From the NCBI GenBank assembly GCA_037379345.1, contig CM074523.1:30891678-30955677 (forward strand): DNA of 64,000 nt. The letters run 5' to 3'. A model generated the notes under the pieces. The model was not told the origin of the DNA, did no database searches, and saw nothing but the letters and a program-made list of their open reading frames with translations. The stretch is from Perna viridis (lineage: Eukaryota). How positions within the stretch are numbered: the first letter of the stretch is position 1; each line of letters starts with the position of its first letter. A program made the translations under genes and the position numbers. Positions 37,601 to 51,337 of this stretch are shown one piece after another.

Positions 37601-40600
37601 GGTTTCTTTTCGATCTCAATGGATTCCCTGAAAATCTCTTCAGGTTTTTCTTCTTCGGGGAGCAGTTCAATTTCAGTTTTGAACTTTTCCTCGGGTGTTT
37701 CTTCCACCTTTTCAGATGGCTGTTCCTGAATTTCAACGATGACTTCTTCTTTTTCCTCCGGTTTTTCAGTCACTTCAAGTGTTTCTCTTTCGGTAACAAT
37801 GACCTCTTCTTCGGGTCCAACAATTTCTACCTCCTGTGTAGTTTCAGTTGTTACTTCCGTTACTTTAGTCACAGTTTCGGTGATTTTCTTGTCTACAGTG
37901 ACATCTAATTGAACTTCTTCGAATTCAGGTTTCGTTTCGATCTCAATGGATTCCTTGAAAATCTCATCAGGTTTTTCTTCTTCGGGGAGCAGTTCAATTT
38001 CAGTTTTGAACTTTTCTTCGGGTGTTTCTTCCACCTTTTCAGATGGCTGTTCCCGAATTTCAACGATGACTTCTTCTTTTTCCTCCGGTTTTTCAGTCAC
38101 TTGAAGTGTTTCTCTTTCGGTAACAATGACCTCTTCTTCGGGTCTAACAATTTCTACCTCTTGTGTAGTTTCAGTTGTTACTTCCGTTACTTTAGTCACA
38201 GTTTCGGTGATTTTCTTGTCTACAGTGACATCTAATTGAACTTCTTCGTATTCAGGTTTCTTTTCGATCTCAATGGATTCCTTGAAAATCTCCTCTGGAT
38301 TTTCTTCTTCGGGGAGCAGTTCAATTTCAGTTTTGAACTTTTCCTCCGGTGTTTCTTCCACCTTTTCAGATGGCTGTTCCTGAATTTCAACGATGACTTC
38401 TTCTTTTTCTTCCGGTTTTTCAGTCACTTCAAGTGTTTCTCTTTCGGTAACAATGACCTCTTCTTCGGGTCCAACAATTTCTACCTCCTGTGTAGTTTCA
38501 GTTGTTACTTCCGTTACTTTAGTCACAGTTTCGGTGATTTTCTTGTCTACAGTGACATCTAATTGAACTTCTTCGTATTCAGGTTTCTTTTCGATCTCAA
38601 TGGATTCCTTGAAAATCTCATCAGGTTTTTCTTCTTCGGGGAGCAGTTCAATTTCAGTTTTGAACTTTTCCTCCGGTGTTTCTTTCACCTTTTCAGATGG
38701 CTGTTCCTGAATTTCAACGATGACTTCTTCTTTTTCCTCCGGTTTTTCAGTCACTTCAAGTGTTTCTCTTTCGGTAACAATGACCTCTTCTTCGGGTCCA
38801 ACAATTTCTACCTCCTGTGTAGTTTCAGTTGTTACTTCCGTTACTTTAGTCACAGTTTCGGTGATTTTCTTGTCTACAGTGACATCTAATTGAACTTCTT
38901 CGAATTCAGGTTTCTTTTCGATCTCAATGGATTCCTTGAAAATCTCATCAGGTTTTTCTTCTTCGGGGAGCAGTTCAATTTCAGTTTTGAACTTTTCCTC
39001 GGGTGTTTCTTCCACCTTTTCAGATGGCTGTTCCTGAATTTCAACGATGACTTCTTCTTTTTCTTCCGGTTTTTCAGTCACTTCAAGTGTTTCTCTTTCG
39101 GTAACAATGACCTCTTCTTCGGGTCTAACAATTTCTACCTCCTGTGTAGTTTCAGTTGTTACTTCCGTTACTTTAGTCACAGTTTCGGTGATTTTCTTGT
39201 CTACAGTGACATCTAATTGAACGTCTTCGTATTCAGGTTTCTTTTCGATCTCAATGGATTCCTTGAAAATCTCATCAGGTTTTTCTTCTTCGGGGAGCAG
39301 TTCAATTTCAGTTTTGAACTTTTCCTCCGGTGTTTCTTTCACCTTTTCAGATGGCTGTTCCTGAATTTCAACGATGACTTCTTCTTTTTCTTCCGGTTTT
39401 TCAGTCACTTCAAGTGTTTCTCTTTCGGTAACAATGGGCTCTTCTTCGGGTCCAACAATTTCTACCTCCTGTGTAGTTTCAGTTGTTACTTCCGTTACTT
39501 TAGTCACAGTTTCGGTGATTTTCTTGTCTACAGTGACATCTAATTGAACTTCTTCGTATTCAGGTTTCTTTTCGATCTCAATGGATTCCTTGAAAATCTC
39601 TTCGGGTTTTTCTTCTTCGGGGAGCAGTTCAATTTCAGTTTTGAACTTTTCCTCCGGTGTTTCTTCCACCTTTTCAGATGGCTGTTCCTGAATTTCAACG
39701 ATGACTTCTTCTTTTTCTTCCGGTTTTTCAGTCACTTCAAGTGTTTCTCTTTCGGTAACAATGACCTCTTCTTCGGGTCCAACAATTTCTACCTCCTGTG
39801 TAGTTTCAGTTGTTACTTCAGTTACTTTAGTCACAGTTTCGGTGATTTTCTTGTCTACAGTGACATCTAATTGAACCTCTTCGAATTCAGGTTTCTTTTC
39901 GATCTCAATGGATTCCTTGAAAATCTCATCAGGTTTTTCTTCTTCGGGGAGCAGTTCAATTGCAGTTTTGAACTTTTCTTCGGGTGTTTCTTCCACCTTT
40001 TCAGATTGCTGTTCCTGAATTTCAACGATGACTTCTTCTTTTTCCTTCGGTTTTTCAGTCACTTGAAGTGTTTCTCTTTTGGTAACAATGACCTCTTCTT
40101 CGGGTCCAACAATTTCTACCTCCTGTGCAGTTTCAGTTGTTACTTCCGTTACTTTAGTCACAGTTTCGGTGATTTTCTTGTCTACAGTGACATCTAATTG
40201 AACTTCTTCGTATTCAGGTTTCTTTTCGATCTCAATGGATTCCTTGAAAATCTCATCAGGTTTTTCTTCTTCGGGGAGCAGTTCAATTTCAGTTTTGAAC
40301 TTTTCTTCGGGTGTTTCCTCCACCTTTTCAGATGGCTGTTCCTGAATTTCAACGATGACTTCTTCTTTTTCTTCCGGTTTTTCAGTCACTTCAAGTGTTT
40401 CTCTTTCGGTAACAATGACCTCTTCTTCGGGTCCAACAATTTCTACCTCCTGTGTAGTTTCAGTTACTTCCGTTACTTTAGTCACAGTTTCGGTGATTTT
40501 CTTGTCTACAGTGACATCTAATTGAACTTCTTCGTATTCAGGTTTCTTTTCGATCTCAATGGATTCCTTGAAAATCTCTTCGGGTTTTTCTTCTTCGGGG

Positions 40601-43310
40601 AGCAGTTCAATTTCAGTTTTGAACTTTTCCTCCGGTGTTTCTTCCACCTTTTCAGATGGCTGTTCCTGAATTTCAACGATGACTTCTTCTTTTTCTTCCG
40701 GTTTTTCAGTCACTTCAAGTGTTTCTCTTTCGGTAACAATGGGCTCTTCTTCGGGTCCAACAATTTCTACCTCCTGTGTAGTTTCAGTTGTTACTTCCGT
40801 TACTTTAGTCACAGTTTCGGTGATTTTCTTGTCTACAGTGATATCTAATTGAACTTCTTCGAATTCAGGTTTCTTTTCGATCTCAATGGATTCCTTGAAA
40901 ATCTCATCAGGTTTTTCTTCTTCGGGGAGCAGTTCAATTGCAGTTTTGAACTTTTCTTCGGGTGTTTCTTCCACCTTTTCAGATGGCTGTTCCTGAATTT
41001 CAACGATGACTTCTTCTTTTTCCTTCGGTTTTTCAGTCACTTGAAGTGTTTCTCTTTCGGTAACAATGACCTCTTCTTCGGGTCCAACAATTTCTACCTC
41101 CTGTGCAGTTTCAGTTGTTACTTCCGTTACTTTAGTCACAGTTTCGGTGATTTTCTTGTCTACAGTGACATCTAATTGAACTTCTTCGTATTCAGGTTTC
41201 TTTTCGATCTCAATGGATTCCTTGAAAATCTCATCAGGTTTTTCTTCTTCGGGGAGCAGTTCAATTTCAGTTTTGAACTTTTCTTCGGGTGTTTCCTCCA
41301 CCTTTTCAGATGGCTGTTCCTGAATTTCAACGATGACTTCTTTTTCCTCCGGTTTTTTAGTCACTTCAAGTGTTTCTCTTTCGGTAACAATGACCTCTTC
41401 TTCGGGTCCAACAATTTCTACCTCCTGTGTAGTTTCAGTTGTTACTTCCGTTACTTTAGTCACAGTTTCGGTGATTTTCTTGTCTACAGTGACATCTAAT
41501 TGAACGTCTTCGTATTCAGGTTTCTTTTCGATCTCAATGGATTCCTTGAAAATCTCTTCGGGTTTTTCTTCTTCGGGGAGCAGTTCAATTTCAGTTTTGA
41601 ACTTTTCCTCCGGTGTTTCTTCCACCTTTTCAGATGGCTGTTCCTGAATTTCAACGATGACTTCTTCTTTTTCTTCCGGTTTTTCAGTCACTTCAAGTGT
41701 TTCTCTTTCGGTAACAATGACCTCTTCTTCGGGTCCAACAATTTCTACCTCCTGTGTAGTTTCAGTTGTTACTTCCGTTACTTTAGTCATAGTTTCGGTG
41801 ATTTTCTTGTCTACAGTGATATCTAATTGAACTTCTTCGTATTCAGGTTTCTTTTCGATCTCAATGGATTCCTTGAAAATCTCCTCTGGTTTTTCTTCTT
41901 CGGGGAGCAGTTCAATTCCAGTTTTGAACTTTTCTTCGGGTGTTTCTTCCACCTTTTCAGATGGCTGTTCCTGAATTTCAACGATGACTTCTTCTTTTTC
42001 CTTCGGTTTTTCAGTCACTTCAAGTGTTTCTCTTTCGGTAACAATGACCTCTTCTTCGGGTCCAACAATTTCTACCTCCTGTGTAGTTTCAGTTGTTACT
42101 TCCGTTACTTTAGTCACAGTTTCGGTGATTTTCTTGTCTACAGTGACATCTAATTGAACTTCTTCGTATTCAGGTTTCTTTTCGATCTCAATGGATTCCT
42201 TGAAAATCTCATCAGGTTTTTCTTCTTCGGGGAGCAGTTCAATTTCAGTTTTGAACTTTTCTTCGGGTGTTTCTTCCACCTTTTCAGATGGCTGTTCCTG
42301 AATTTCAACGATGACTTCTTCTTTTTCCTCCGGTTTTTCAGTCACTTCAAGTGTTTCTCTTTTGGTAACAATGACCTCTTCTTCGGGTCCAACAATTTCT
42401 ACCTCCTGTGTAGTTTCAGTTGTTACTTCCGTTACTTTAGTCACAGTTTCGGTGATTTTCTTGTCTACAGTGACATCTAATTGAACTTCTTCGTATTCAG
42501 GTTTCTTTTCGATCTCAATGGATTCCTTGAAAATCTCTTCGGGTTTTTCTTCTTCGGGGAGCAGTTCAATTTCAGTTTTGAACTTTTCCTCCGGTGTTTC
42601 TTCCACCTTTTCAGATGGCTGTTCCTGAATTTCAACGATGACTTCTTCTTTTTCCTCCGGTTTTTCAGTCACTTCAAGTGTTTCTCTTTCGGTAACAATG
42701 ACCTCTTCTTCGGGTCCAACAATTTCTACCTCTTGTGTAGTTTCAGTTGTTACTTCCGTTACTTTAGTCATAGTTTCGGTGATTTTCTTGTCTACAGTGA
42801 CATCTAATTGAACCTCTTCGAATTCAGGTTTCTTTTCCATCTCAATGGATTCCTTGAAAATCTCCTCTGTTTTTTCTTCTTCGGGGAGCAGTTCAATTTC
42901 AGTTTTGAACATTTCCTCAGGTGTTTCTTTCACCTTTTCAGATGGCTGTTCCTGAATTTCAACGATGATTTCTTTTTCCTCCGGTTTTTCAGTCACTTCA
43001 AGTGTTTCTCTTTCGGTAACAATGACCTCTTCTTCGGGTCCAACAATTTCTACATCCTGTGTAGTTTCAGTTGTTACTTCTGTTACTTTAGTCTCGGGTG
43101 TTTCTTCCACTTTTTCAGTTGGCTGTTCCTTTATTTCCTGTTTTTCTCCTTCATGAACCATTATTGTATGCCGTTCAACAACAATGACATCTTCAATAGG
43201 AGCAGATACCTCACTTTCAGAAGAAATGTCATCCACTGATTTCTCCACTAATTCTACCTCTGTAGACACAGATTCTACTTCCTCCTGAAGACTTCCTGTA
43301 TCTGGTAGAT
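31635..43310 (-). CDS. Giant exon I, 11,676 nt (3892 codons): about 21 x 109-aa repeats, a D/E-rich linker, about 28 x 49-aa repeats; phase 1-1
   Basis: ORF 31549..43269 is uninterrupted. caatag|AT acceptor, G|gtacat donor, length divisible by 3. Confidence 0.88.
31800..35890 (-). repeat. Coding tandem array, 147-bp (49-aa) unit with 33-bp sub-repeats, about 28 diverged copies
   Basis: ISEITIEKDKPSVSEITIDTTLEKPEEVETTVTTEIVEVSEEIPEEKPD; period 31981 to 32128 is 147 bp. Confidence 0.93.
36340..43130 (-). repeat. Coding tandem array, 327-bp (109-aa) unit, about 21 highly homogeneous copies
   Basis: Antisense ORF starts recur every 327 bp (36928, 37255, 37582...), with only codon-sized indels. 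Confidence 0.95.
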
Positions 43311-43664
43311 CTATTGTACAGTAGCAAATATCTATTACTTACCATTTGTTTATGTTACATTTATTCAATTTATTTTTAAAATAGGAACATAATTTTGACC
43401 ACATGAAACAATGCCAGCAAATCAAACTATTTTGCCAATTTGACTATTTTCTGCTTGAAGAATGCTTTTTTTTTTTATATATAAATAAAAAATTTTTTTC
43501 AAGTGTTGAAGAATTTTTTTTTAAGATTTTGGGTAAATTTTAAACATTTTAAATCAAGATAGAGATCAATTTCAGTTTGAAAAAGAAAAAAAAAACTTAA
43601 AACATTAACACGTATAAACAAAAACCAGTTTCTAGATAAATAATCTTTTGTAGCTGAAACTTAA

Positions 43665-44060
43665 GTAGCGCTCCACATAAGAATCATGCAAAATATGATT
43701 CATGGTTGGAAAGCCTACATATTTTTATTTTTGATATTTTGTTTGAAATGTCATAGTAAACTTAAAGTTACATGTGGTTTTTCATATAACCCATGTTCAT
43801 AGGAGATACAAATTATATACAATGCACTGTAGATTTCAAAATTAAGGGAGATAAGTCTGTAAATGACACTCAAATATAATAGAATCTACTGTATTTTCAA
43901 TGTTGATTATCTCCCAAGAGCAGACCGACATGAATAAATAATTACACATTTCACAATATAGACCCATAAAACAACCTTATTACAAAAATAAAAATATGTA
44001 GCCTTTTTTGGAGTGTATCACAGTTTTCATATTTTGCATGATTCTTACAAATACTGACAC
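43665..44060. mobile_element. MITE family 2 copy
   Basis: ttaa|gtagcgctccacataagaatcatg...atgattcttacaaatactgacac|ttaa. Confidence 0.85.
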
Positions 44061-45073
44061 TTAATTACTTAAGTTCGGTATACTAACAAAACAAACCATT
44101 GAATAGTAAAACAGAAATGCTGTTTCAATTGTCACATTATTAAATTTATCATAAACCTGGGAAAAGGAAAACAACTCATTTTTCAAAATCATAGCACAAA
44201 GGATAAAGTTCAGGAATAGGTGCCACAATTCAATGTTCAAGAAGGAATGTGTTTAAACAGAGGGAAAAGGTAAAAAATCAAACTGCACCTTAAACAAGAA
44301 CTTCAGGGAATGGAAAAAATAAGCAAACAATTCAATCACAAAATAAAGTGATTATCCTGAGTTCATTTTAAAACTTATTTTAAAGGGAGAAGAATACGCT
44401 AATTGAATAGCACTTTCAAGTGAACTCGAAGTAAACTTGAACTTTAGTAAAATTTTTAGAAACTAGCTCCATTGCAATTTGAAAATTTCCATTGTACTTA
44501 TTGTTTTTCCATGATGAAATATATAAAGGTATTTTTTCACTAAGTTATAAGCCCCAAAAGATGAGAAGGGTGCTTAAAAACTGTTCATCAAGAGGAGAGA
44601 AAGATGAGAGAATTTTTTTTGAATACATATATACATTGCAATACAAATTAGTGAAGAATCACCCCTGATAGGGTTATATGCCAAAAAACAATGAAATTTT
44701 TATAACACATAAGTGGTTATTTTCGCTATATCCTTCGTCAAAGTTGGGACACGAAAATTAAACAAGCGAAATATTTATGAAGATAAAATGGTTATTCATC
44801 TTTGTCTTATTCATTGAACAGTCTGTCAGCCACAAGAATTGCGTTATGCGAAAAACTTCACCCAGTTTCTGAAGAAAAACGCGAAATTTTCCACACGCAA
44901 AATAAAACGCTTCTATGGTATTACCTTTTTATTCATTTCACTGTTTTTAACAAAACACCATTTTCTCTATAAATGACAGAATCTACTTGTTTATAGTTTC
45001 TACTTATATAATCTACAACGCCTATATATATATTATCCAGTAAAGTAAAAAGACAGGAAAAATGGATTCTTAC

Positions 45074-45922
45074 CTTTGAGTAGTAGATCTGCTGATGTCA
45101 TAGCAGAACCAAGAGGATTTGTCGCCTTGCATATATATTCTCCTTCATCTTCTTTAAATGTTTTCTCAATTTCTAGAGTACATGTTCCATCTGGCAGATA
45201 TTCAGTCTTGTAAGTAGTAGTATCTGTAATTGGCTGGTCATCTAGTATCCAAGAAACTTCTGGGCGAGGACTACCCATCACAACACATATGAATTTGACA
45301 GATTTACCTTCAGTTATTGTAATATGTTCAAGGTATTTGGTAAAAACTGGGGCTTCCCCAGTGAGTGAGGTAGGCTTTTCCTCTTCCTGTTTCAAAATTT
45401 TCGGTGTCTCCTCAACGGGAGCTTCCTCGAACTGAGGAAGTTCCTCCTTGGGCTTGAACAGTTGTTCCTCAACATTTATTTCCCCTGAAATATCTTCCAT
45501 TTTCTTGTCTTCGCTGATGAGGACCTCAGTTTCCTCTGTGAAGGTTAATGAGACCTCTGGGAAAGTTGTTGTATGTTGAACATCTTCGGGTTTAGACTCA
45601 TCACTAATAAGTACTTCAGTCTCCTCAGTAAATGTTTCGGAGACTTCAGGAACTGTTGCCTTAAGAGGAACTTCCTTCTCCTCAGGAAGAGGTGTCTCAG
45701 TTATCGTAACTTCTTCTGGGGCAGTTTCTGCCTTCTCATCTGTTACGATTTCGAAAGAAACTTCCTCCGTCTCAGAAGTGATGATGTCACTTCCTGTAGT
45801 GTCTAATGGTGCTATTTCTGTTGTTGATGTTATGATCTTTTCTGGAACGTCAACTTCTTGACCCTCCAACGTTGTTGGCTTTTTGGCAGGTACCTCTTCT
45901 GCTTGTTCTTCAGGAGCAGTTT
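45074..45922 (-). CDS. Exon H, 849 nt: acidic spacer plus Ig domain 3 (APVFTKYLEHITITEGKSVKFICVVMGSPRPEVSW...EDEGEYICKATNPLGSAMTSADLLLK), phase 1-1
   Basis: ORF 45033..45869, ttccag|AA acceptor, G|gtaaga donor. Confidence 0.93.
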
Positions 45923-46154
45923 CTGGAAAAATGAGTTTTAAGTTGATAGGTCAAAGGGAAAAAGTTAACTAGTTTATCCATTATCAAGCTAAAAGTAGTT
46001 TAAAGTTTATTCTGCGTGATATGATTACCTGCACGTTTAAGTTAAAATATAATCATGATTTTGTTTTGATCATAAACATATGATAATAATGTGTTTGCAT
46101 AACAAACATCCTACACAACAACCAAAACAACCTATCAATTTTATTATGATTTAA

Positions 46155-46220
46155 GTAGCACTCCAGCTAAGAATCAGGTATGAATGTGATTCATACATGA
46201 AAAACCTACATATTTTTATT
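46155..46220. mobile_element. MITE family 2 terminal fragment
   Basis: ttaa|gtagcactccagctaagaatca...cctacatatttttatt. Confidence 0.7.
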
Positions 46221-46403
46221 GGCCTTTTAGTTTTCAATGCATGTGCCAGCACTTGTCGCCGAGTTAAAATGTTGAATACCAGTATTTTTTTTTTCATGGT
46301 TAACCAATAAACCCTTTTTCCACAGCAGTCAAATATATAACAAAATTTGAACCCACAATAATATATTTCAAAACTAGACAAACTATCTCTCTAATCAAAT
46401 TAA

Positions 46404-46537
46404 GGAGGTAGACCTAGAGTAAGGGACACAACTCTTAAAAATCATTGGAACGTTTGTATGCAGCATTTACATCAATTTTATGTAAGCATCTAATTAACTT
46501 GGATTCATTTTATTCTGCTTCAAACGAATGCTTGAGA
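46404..46537. mobile_element. MITE family 1 truncated copy (subfamily b)
   Basis: ttaa|ggaggtagacctagagtaagggacacaactc... Confidence 0.8.
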
Positions 46538-47070
46538 CATATACACCAAGTCCAAGCAAAGTTTGATATTTTGTTGTGTTTTTTTTTTCTATATAGGACT
46601 AACTCTTCCATTCTACACCCAAATAACAAATTTATCAAAGTGTATTCTTGGGTATTTGTATTAAGGTATGTTTTCTGTATTGCATGAACCAGTTTCAAGC
46701 TCAGTCATGTAGTCCACGAATGTGTTTTTTTTTTGGTCTACAGCTCTTGCTTGTTTTACTGTATCTTCTTTAGAAAGTTCACAACAACTGTATCACTCTT
46801 TTTGTGGGTTGTTGTACAGTAACTTGATATTTGATAGGGTATTTAATAGACAACTGTGTTGTATTGTTTTCCACCAAGCCCCATATGAAAAATCTTGAAT
46901 AAATACTTAAGTCAGAGCAAATTGTTTGTGACATCATCAATTTCAAAGATTTCTCAAGAAAATTCTCAGACTTAGGTTTTTTTTCAAGTTTTGTGGCACT
47001 CAGTCCTGAGGCAATGTGTACTGTACCATAAACATACTGCCTACTGTTTTATGAACATATTGTACTTGTA

Positions 47071-47280
47071 CACAGGCATATTATTATTCTATGACTGTCA
47101 TTTGAATGGAGCAGATTTTTGTAACAAGAGTCACATGAATTTCATGTAAATTGAACCTTTACTTGAAGTTCACATGAAATTTTCACATGATAATCATTAG
47201 AAGTGAATTTCATGTGAGCTTCATCTAATTTCATGTAACACTGCTTCCAATGAAAATCAGGTAATAATATTTTGCCTGTG
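47071..47280. mobile_element. TA-flanked MITE with internal TCACATGA/TCATGTGA palindromic repeats
   Basis: ta|cacaggcatattatt...aatattttgcctgtg|ta. Confidence 0.55.
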
Positions 47281-47529
47281 TAAACTTCAGAAGATGTCAA
47301 CTAATGTTCATGTTTCATGTTATTTTTTTTTGTTAACACTAATTTTCATATTTTGCAGCAATGAGAATGCTAGAATCTAAATGTAATTGAATGTAGGTCT
47401 AACATTGTGTCATGTGACTAACCACATAATCAAAACTAAATGAGAGACAGTATATGTTTTGATTTCATTTGGTAAAAAGAAAACTTCATAGAAATGGGAT
47501 CTCAGTTCAGTATAAAATTTCTCTCTTAC

Positions 47530-47574
47530 CGTGACCAGTGGTGACAGAGGCATGCTGGGAAACAATTGCTGATG
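47530..47574 (-). CDS. Candidate 45-nt microexon G (SAIVSQHASVTTGH), phase 1-1
   Basis: atttttag|CA acceptor, strong G|gtaaga donor, GC-richer island in an AT-rich intron, 45 nt in frame. Confidence 0.6.
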
Positions 47575-48754
47575 CTAAAAATAGCCATGCAAAAAAATGC
47601 AATGACAAGTAACAAACCATGTGATATATTATTTTTAGACACTGTCAGAGAAAACAATATTTGGTTTTTCAAAATTTTTGTTAAATCAGAAAATAAAGAT
47701 AAAAATCAAATAGCTAGATCTTTGACAGTATCAAATACAAACTAGAGGTATAAAAATGTGGCAGTGGGTTTAAGGATATAGAAGATGACAAATTTATGTA
47801 TAAAAAGATCACAAATACTTTCCCATTCACATTTTTTTTCCACTAAATTTATTTAGTTTAATTTAATAAGTTAAAAAAAAAAAATCATTTTTTATAACAA
47901 ATATCATAACAACAAAAGGGTTAGATATGAAAGAAAGAGTTAAATACTGATAAAACAATAGTGAGAAAAGTATTTGTGTGATACAACAGAAAAACTATTT
48001 CAAAATCTGAAAAAAAATCTTAGTTCATGAAAAAACCTAAAACAAAAAGAAAATGTTAAAGAGTCTTAAGACATAGATATCAGCTTTGGTTTGTAACATC
48101 TTGCCTTTTGTTAGTCTGAAAAATAAAGCACAAACTATAAATGACAAGGAACAATTATAGATCATACCATGCCTTGAGTAAGTCTCCAGATTCCAAATTA
48201 TATCGCTTAAAAACATTTTGAAAGTACAGTTCCAAATATAATCATATTGTATCATATCAGTCATAGTTCCACCTAAGTATCAGTTGCATAACCAAACAAT
48301 CAGTGATTCAAATCTTCTACACATTAAAAATTTGGCTGGTTACCCTTCAGACGAGCCAATAAGCAATGTTTTGATCAATGAAAAGTTTCAGAATGTTGGG
48401 TTAAGCAGATAAGCAGCTGAAATTTCTGTTAAATATTACTTTAAAAAAAAGTTCATGGATCATCAACACTACATGTACACACAGTCATCTCATCATGTGC
48501 AGCATTCCTAAGGAAGCAGGTTTATTAAGTACATGTATACTACTTAAGAATAAATTTAAAATTGATGATGAACAGATCTCTGTATGATTTTTAGATGGAA
48601 CTGTACCTAATCACTTAATTTAATATAGGTTTTCTAATAATATATTAGTAATAAAATGTATTGCAAATAACAAAACAAACAAAAAAACTTCAAAAAAAAT
48701 TAGCATTTGCAAAATAAAAGTAGAAAAAAAGTATGATAGAAATGTTTAAGTTAA

Positions 48755-48963
48755 AGAGGTAAACCTAAGGTAAGGGACATGACTCTTACAAATCATTTGA
48801 ATGTTTGTATTCAGCATTTTACATCAATCTCATGTAAGCATCAAATAACTTGGACTGTTTTCATTCTTTTTCAAAAGAAAGCTTGATAGACTGGTGAAAC
48901 TGAATATGATACAAACATATCACTGATTTCATGAGTTATGACCCATACCCTAGGTCTACCTCC
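48755..48963. mobile_element. MITE family 1 copy, TTAA on both sides
   Basis: ttaa|agaggtaaacctaaggtaagggacat...ccctaggtctacctcc|ttaa. Confidence 0.88.
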
Positions 48964-50061
48964 TTAACTTGTATCTGGAGAAATCTTCCTATATCAAACA
49001 TGATATGCAATTTTACAACATGAATATTCATAAGGTAAAAACATGCAGAATCAATAACTAAAATAAAATACACATGCAGCAAACATACAATTATAAAATG
49101 AATAATAAATATTATGCTAACTAGCAGGTGAGCTATTTACACATCTGTGTAACTAATTTAAATATGTACTTACTGAATTTCAATTAAAAACACTGAATTT
49201 GACAAAATCAACAATGGGCCAAAAAAGGACAAATAAATTTAAAATTACAACAATTAGATTATAACTACTTGTTTTTACTTTAAAAAAGACCATGCGGAAA
49301 AGATCTAAAAACATTTTAACACAGGAAAAATTCATGCATAATACAAAGATAAAAAAGAATGAGACATTTGAAAATTTTATATTAATTTTATTTGGTCCTA
49401 TTAAAATTTTCAACAGCAGTTAAACACACTTGCCTATAGATTTTTCTAATAAGTAAAAGATATTTTCTATAAATATCATTAATATCTATAAATATTCATC
49501 AACTCATTCATCATGAATATTCATTATTTTCAATAATGAATATTCATAAACCTCCTTAAGAAATATCACAGACTTTGCTCACCTGCTTTTGTCATCTTTT
49601 TTTGTGATTTTATTTAAAAAAAACCATGACCAACCTCAATCATTTATATGTTAATCAGAGCGCTCCCCCTCTAGATCAAATTTTCCTTCTTCCCTATCAA
49701 ATATCATTCCACCTTCATGTAAAGCTTTTTTTCAATCAATTTTTGCTTCTTGTATAAATTTGATTAATCTTCCTTAAAAGGGCTAAAAAATAGAAACAAA
49801 TTGTAGTATCAATTTTAATTTGAGAAATTTTATTATTATTTTTTTTTAAATTAAAAAAAAGAAACATTTCTTTTGCTGTCTGAATACCATGTAATAATTT
49901 AATTAACAAAGAGTAGATGTGACCAAACTCATGAATTAAATTTCAATCACAGATCTAAGATGACAAAGAATGACATAGGAATTTTAATCCAGAAAATTAT
50001 ATCATATATTAAATCCAAATATATGTTTTATTATAAGTTAATGTTTAAACACTACATCATT

Positions 50062-50353
50062 TACCCTATATCACATCCTAGACCTATATGGCATACCCTA
50101 TATCACACCTTAACCTATTTAGCATACCCTATATCACATCCATATTCCTATATGGCATACCCTATATCACACCTTGACCAATATAGCATACCCTATATCA
50201 CATCCTAGACCTATATGCCATACCCTATATCACACCTTAACCTATATAGCATACCCTATATCACATCCATAGAGCTATATGGAATACCAGAGATAACACC
50301 CATAGAGCTATATGGAATACCAGAGATAACACCCCTAGACCTATATGGAATAC
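50062..50353. repeat. Minisatellite, 31-33-bp unit x about 9 with alternating variants
   Basis: taccctatatcacatcctagacctatatggca / taccctatatcacaccttaacctatatagca. Confidence 0.9.
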
Positions 50354-51337
50354 GATATACAATATGATATATTGAACATGACATTTCAACCCTTAACCTT
50401 GGGGTGATATAGAAGTCTTGGGCTGATATAGGCATGATGAAAGACCAGATTCAGTGATATTCCTGGATTAAAACACCTTTACAGTTATAGTTCATTCAAT
50501 GCAATATATTGGCCAGTACCCAAAAATCTCTGAACTATTTAATCCCTGAGTTAGTCTATTCAAAATTACTGCCATTCTAACTATTTCAAATAAATGAAAC
50601 AAATGATAATAAAAGATTATATTTATTTTGGGTACTGACCTAATTTTAACTGAAGAGAAAATAAAAATTAAAAAAGCAAACAATAAGCATAAAACAAAAT
50701 AAACTTAAAAATAGCAGAAATCTAATAAAATAAAAACAAATGAAAATTAATAATTATTTCTAAAAAAATGAATGATGCCATTTATTCAGGTGAATATATA
50801 TTATCTAAAGCCTTAAAATCACATTCAACTTCACAACCAAAACTGACTGTTTTAAAAAAATCCCTCCATTGACTACTTTTAAATAGAAAAAAAAACATTC
50901 TGTGAAAATTCCCATTTTTCTATGTCAATAATGGTTGTTCACAATTCATATTTCATGAGTTGAAATAAATCATATCCTAATTAGACAATAGACATTCACA
51001 GGTAAAACAGAGGTGCTACATTGTTTTACACTTCCAGTGAGATTATGTAAATGTATATTTGATACTTTTTTATAATAATAGTTTTACAAGTTTCCGCTCA
51101 AACTCAAATAACTTAATTTTAGCATTATGAGGGTCTACTGAGTAATTGTAAAAATAAAAAGAAAACCTTACATATCAATACACCTCTGTTATACCCAAGC
51201 CAGAGACAGGAAAAGTAAACAAGACCAAAAACAAATCAAGACTTGAAGCAACAAGGAACAAAAGGGGCAAACAACCATTGTCAGGGCAATCAAAATGATG
51301 AAAAGATGCATGCAGTCATTGCTAAGATGATCCCAAC

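Noticed and set aside
36631-43239. Twenty tandem about 108-aa Phe-rich plus-strand ORFs resembling a membrane-peptide gene array
   Set aside because: Frame-shifted antisense reading of GAA/AAA-rich codons in the 327-bp coding repeat.
49578-49600. Strong donor-like CAG|gtgagc
   Set aside because: No convincing upstream acceptor or polypyrimidine tract, and no coding-like sequence.
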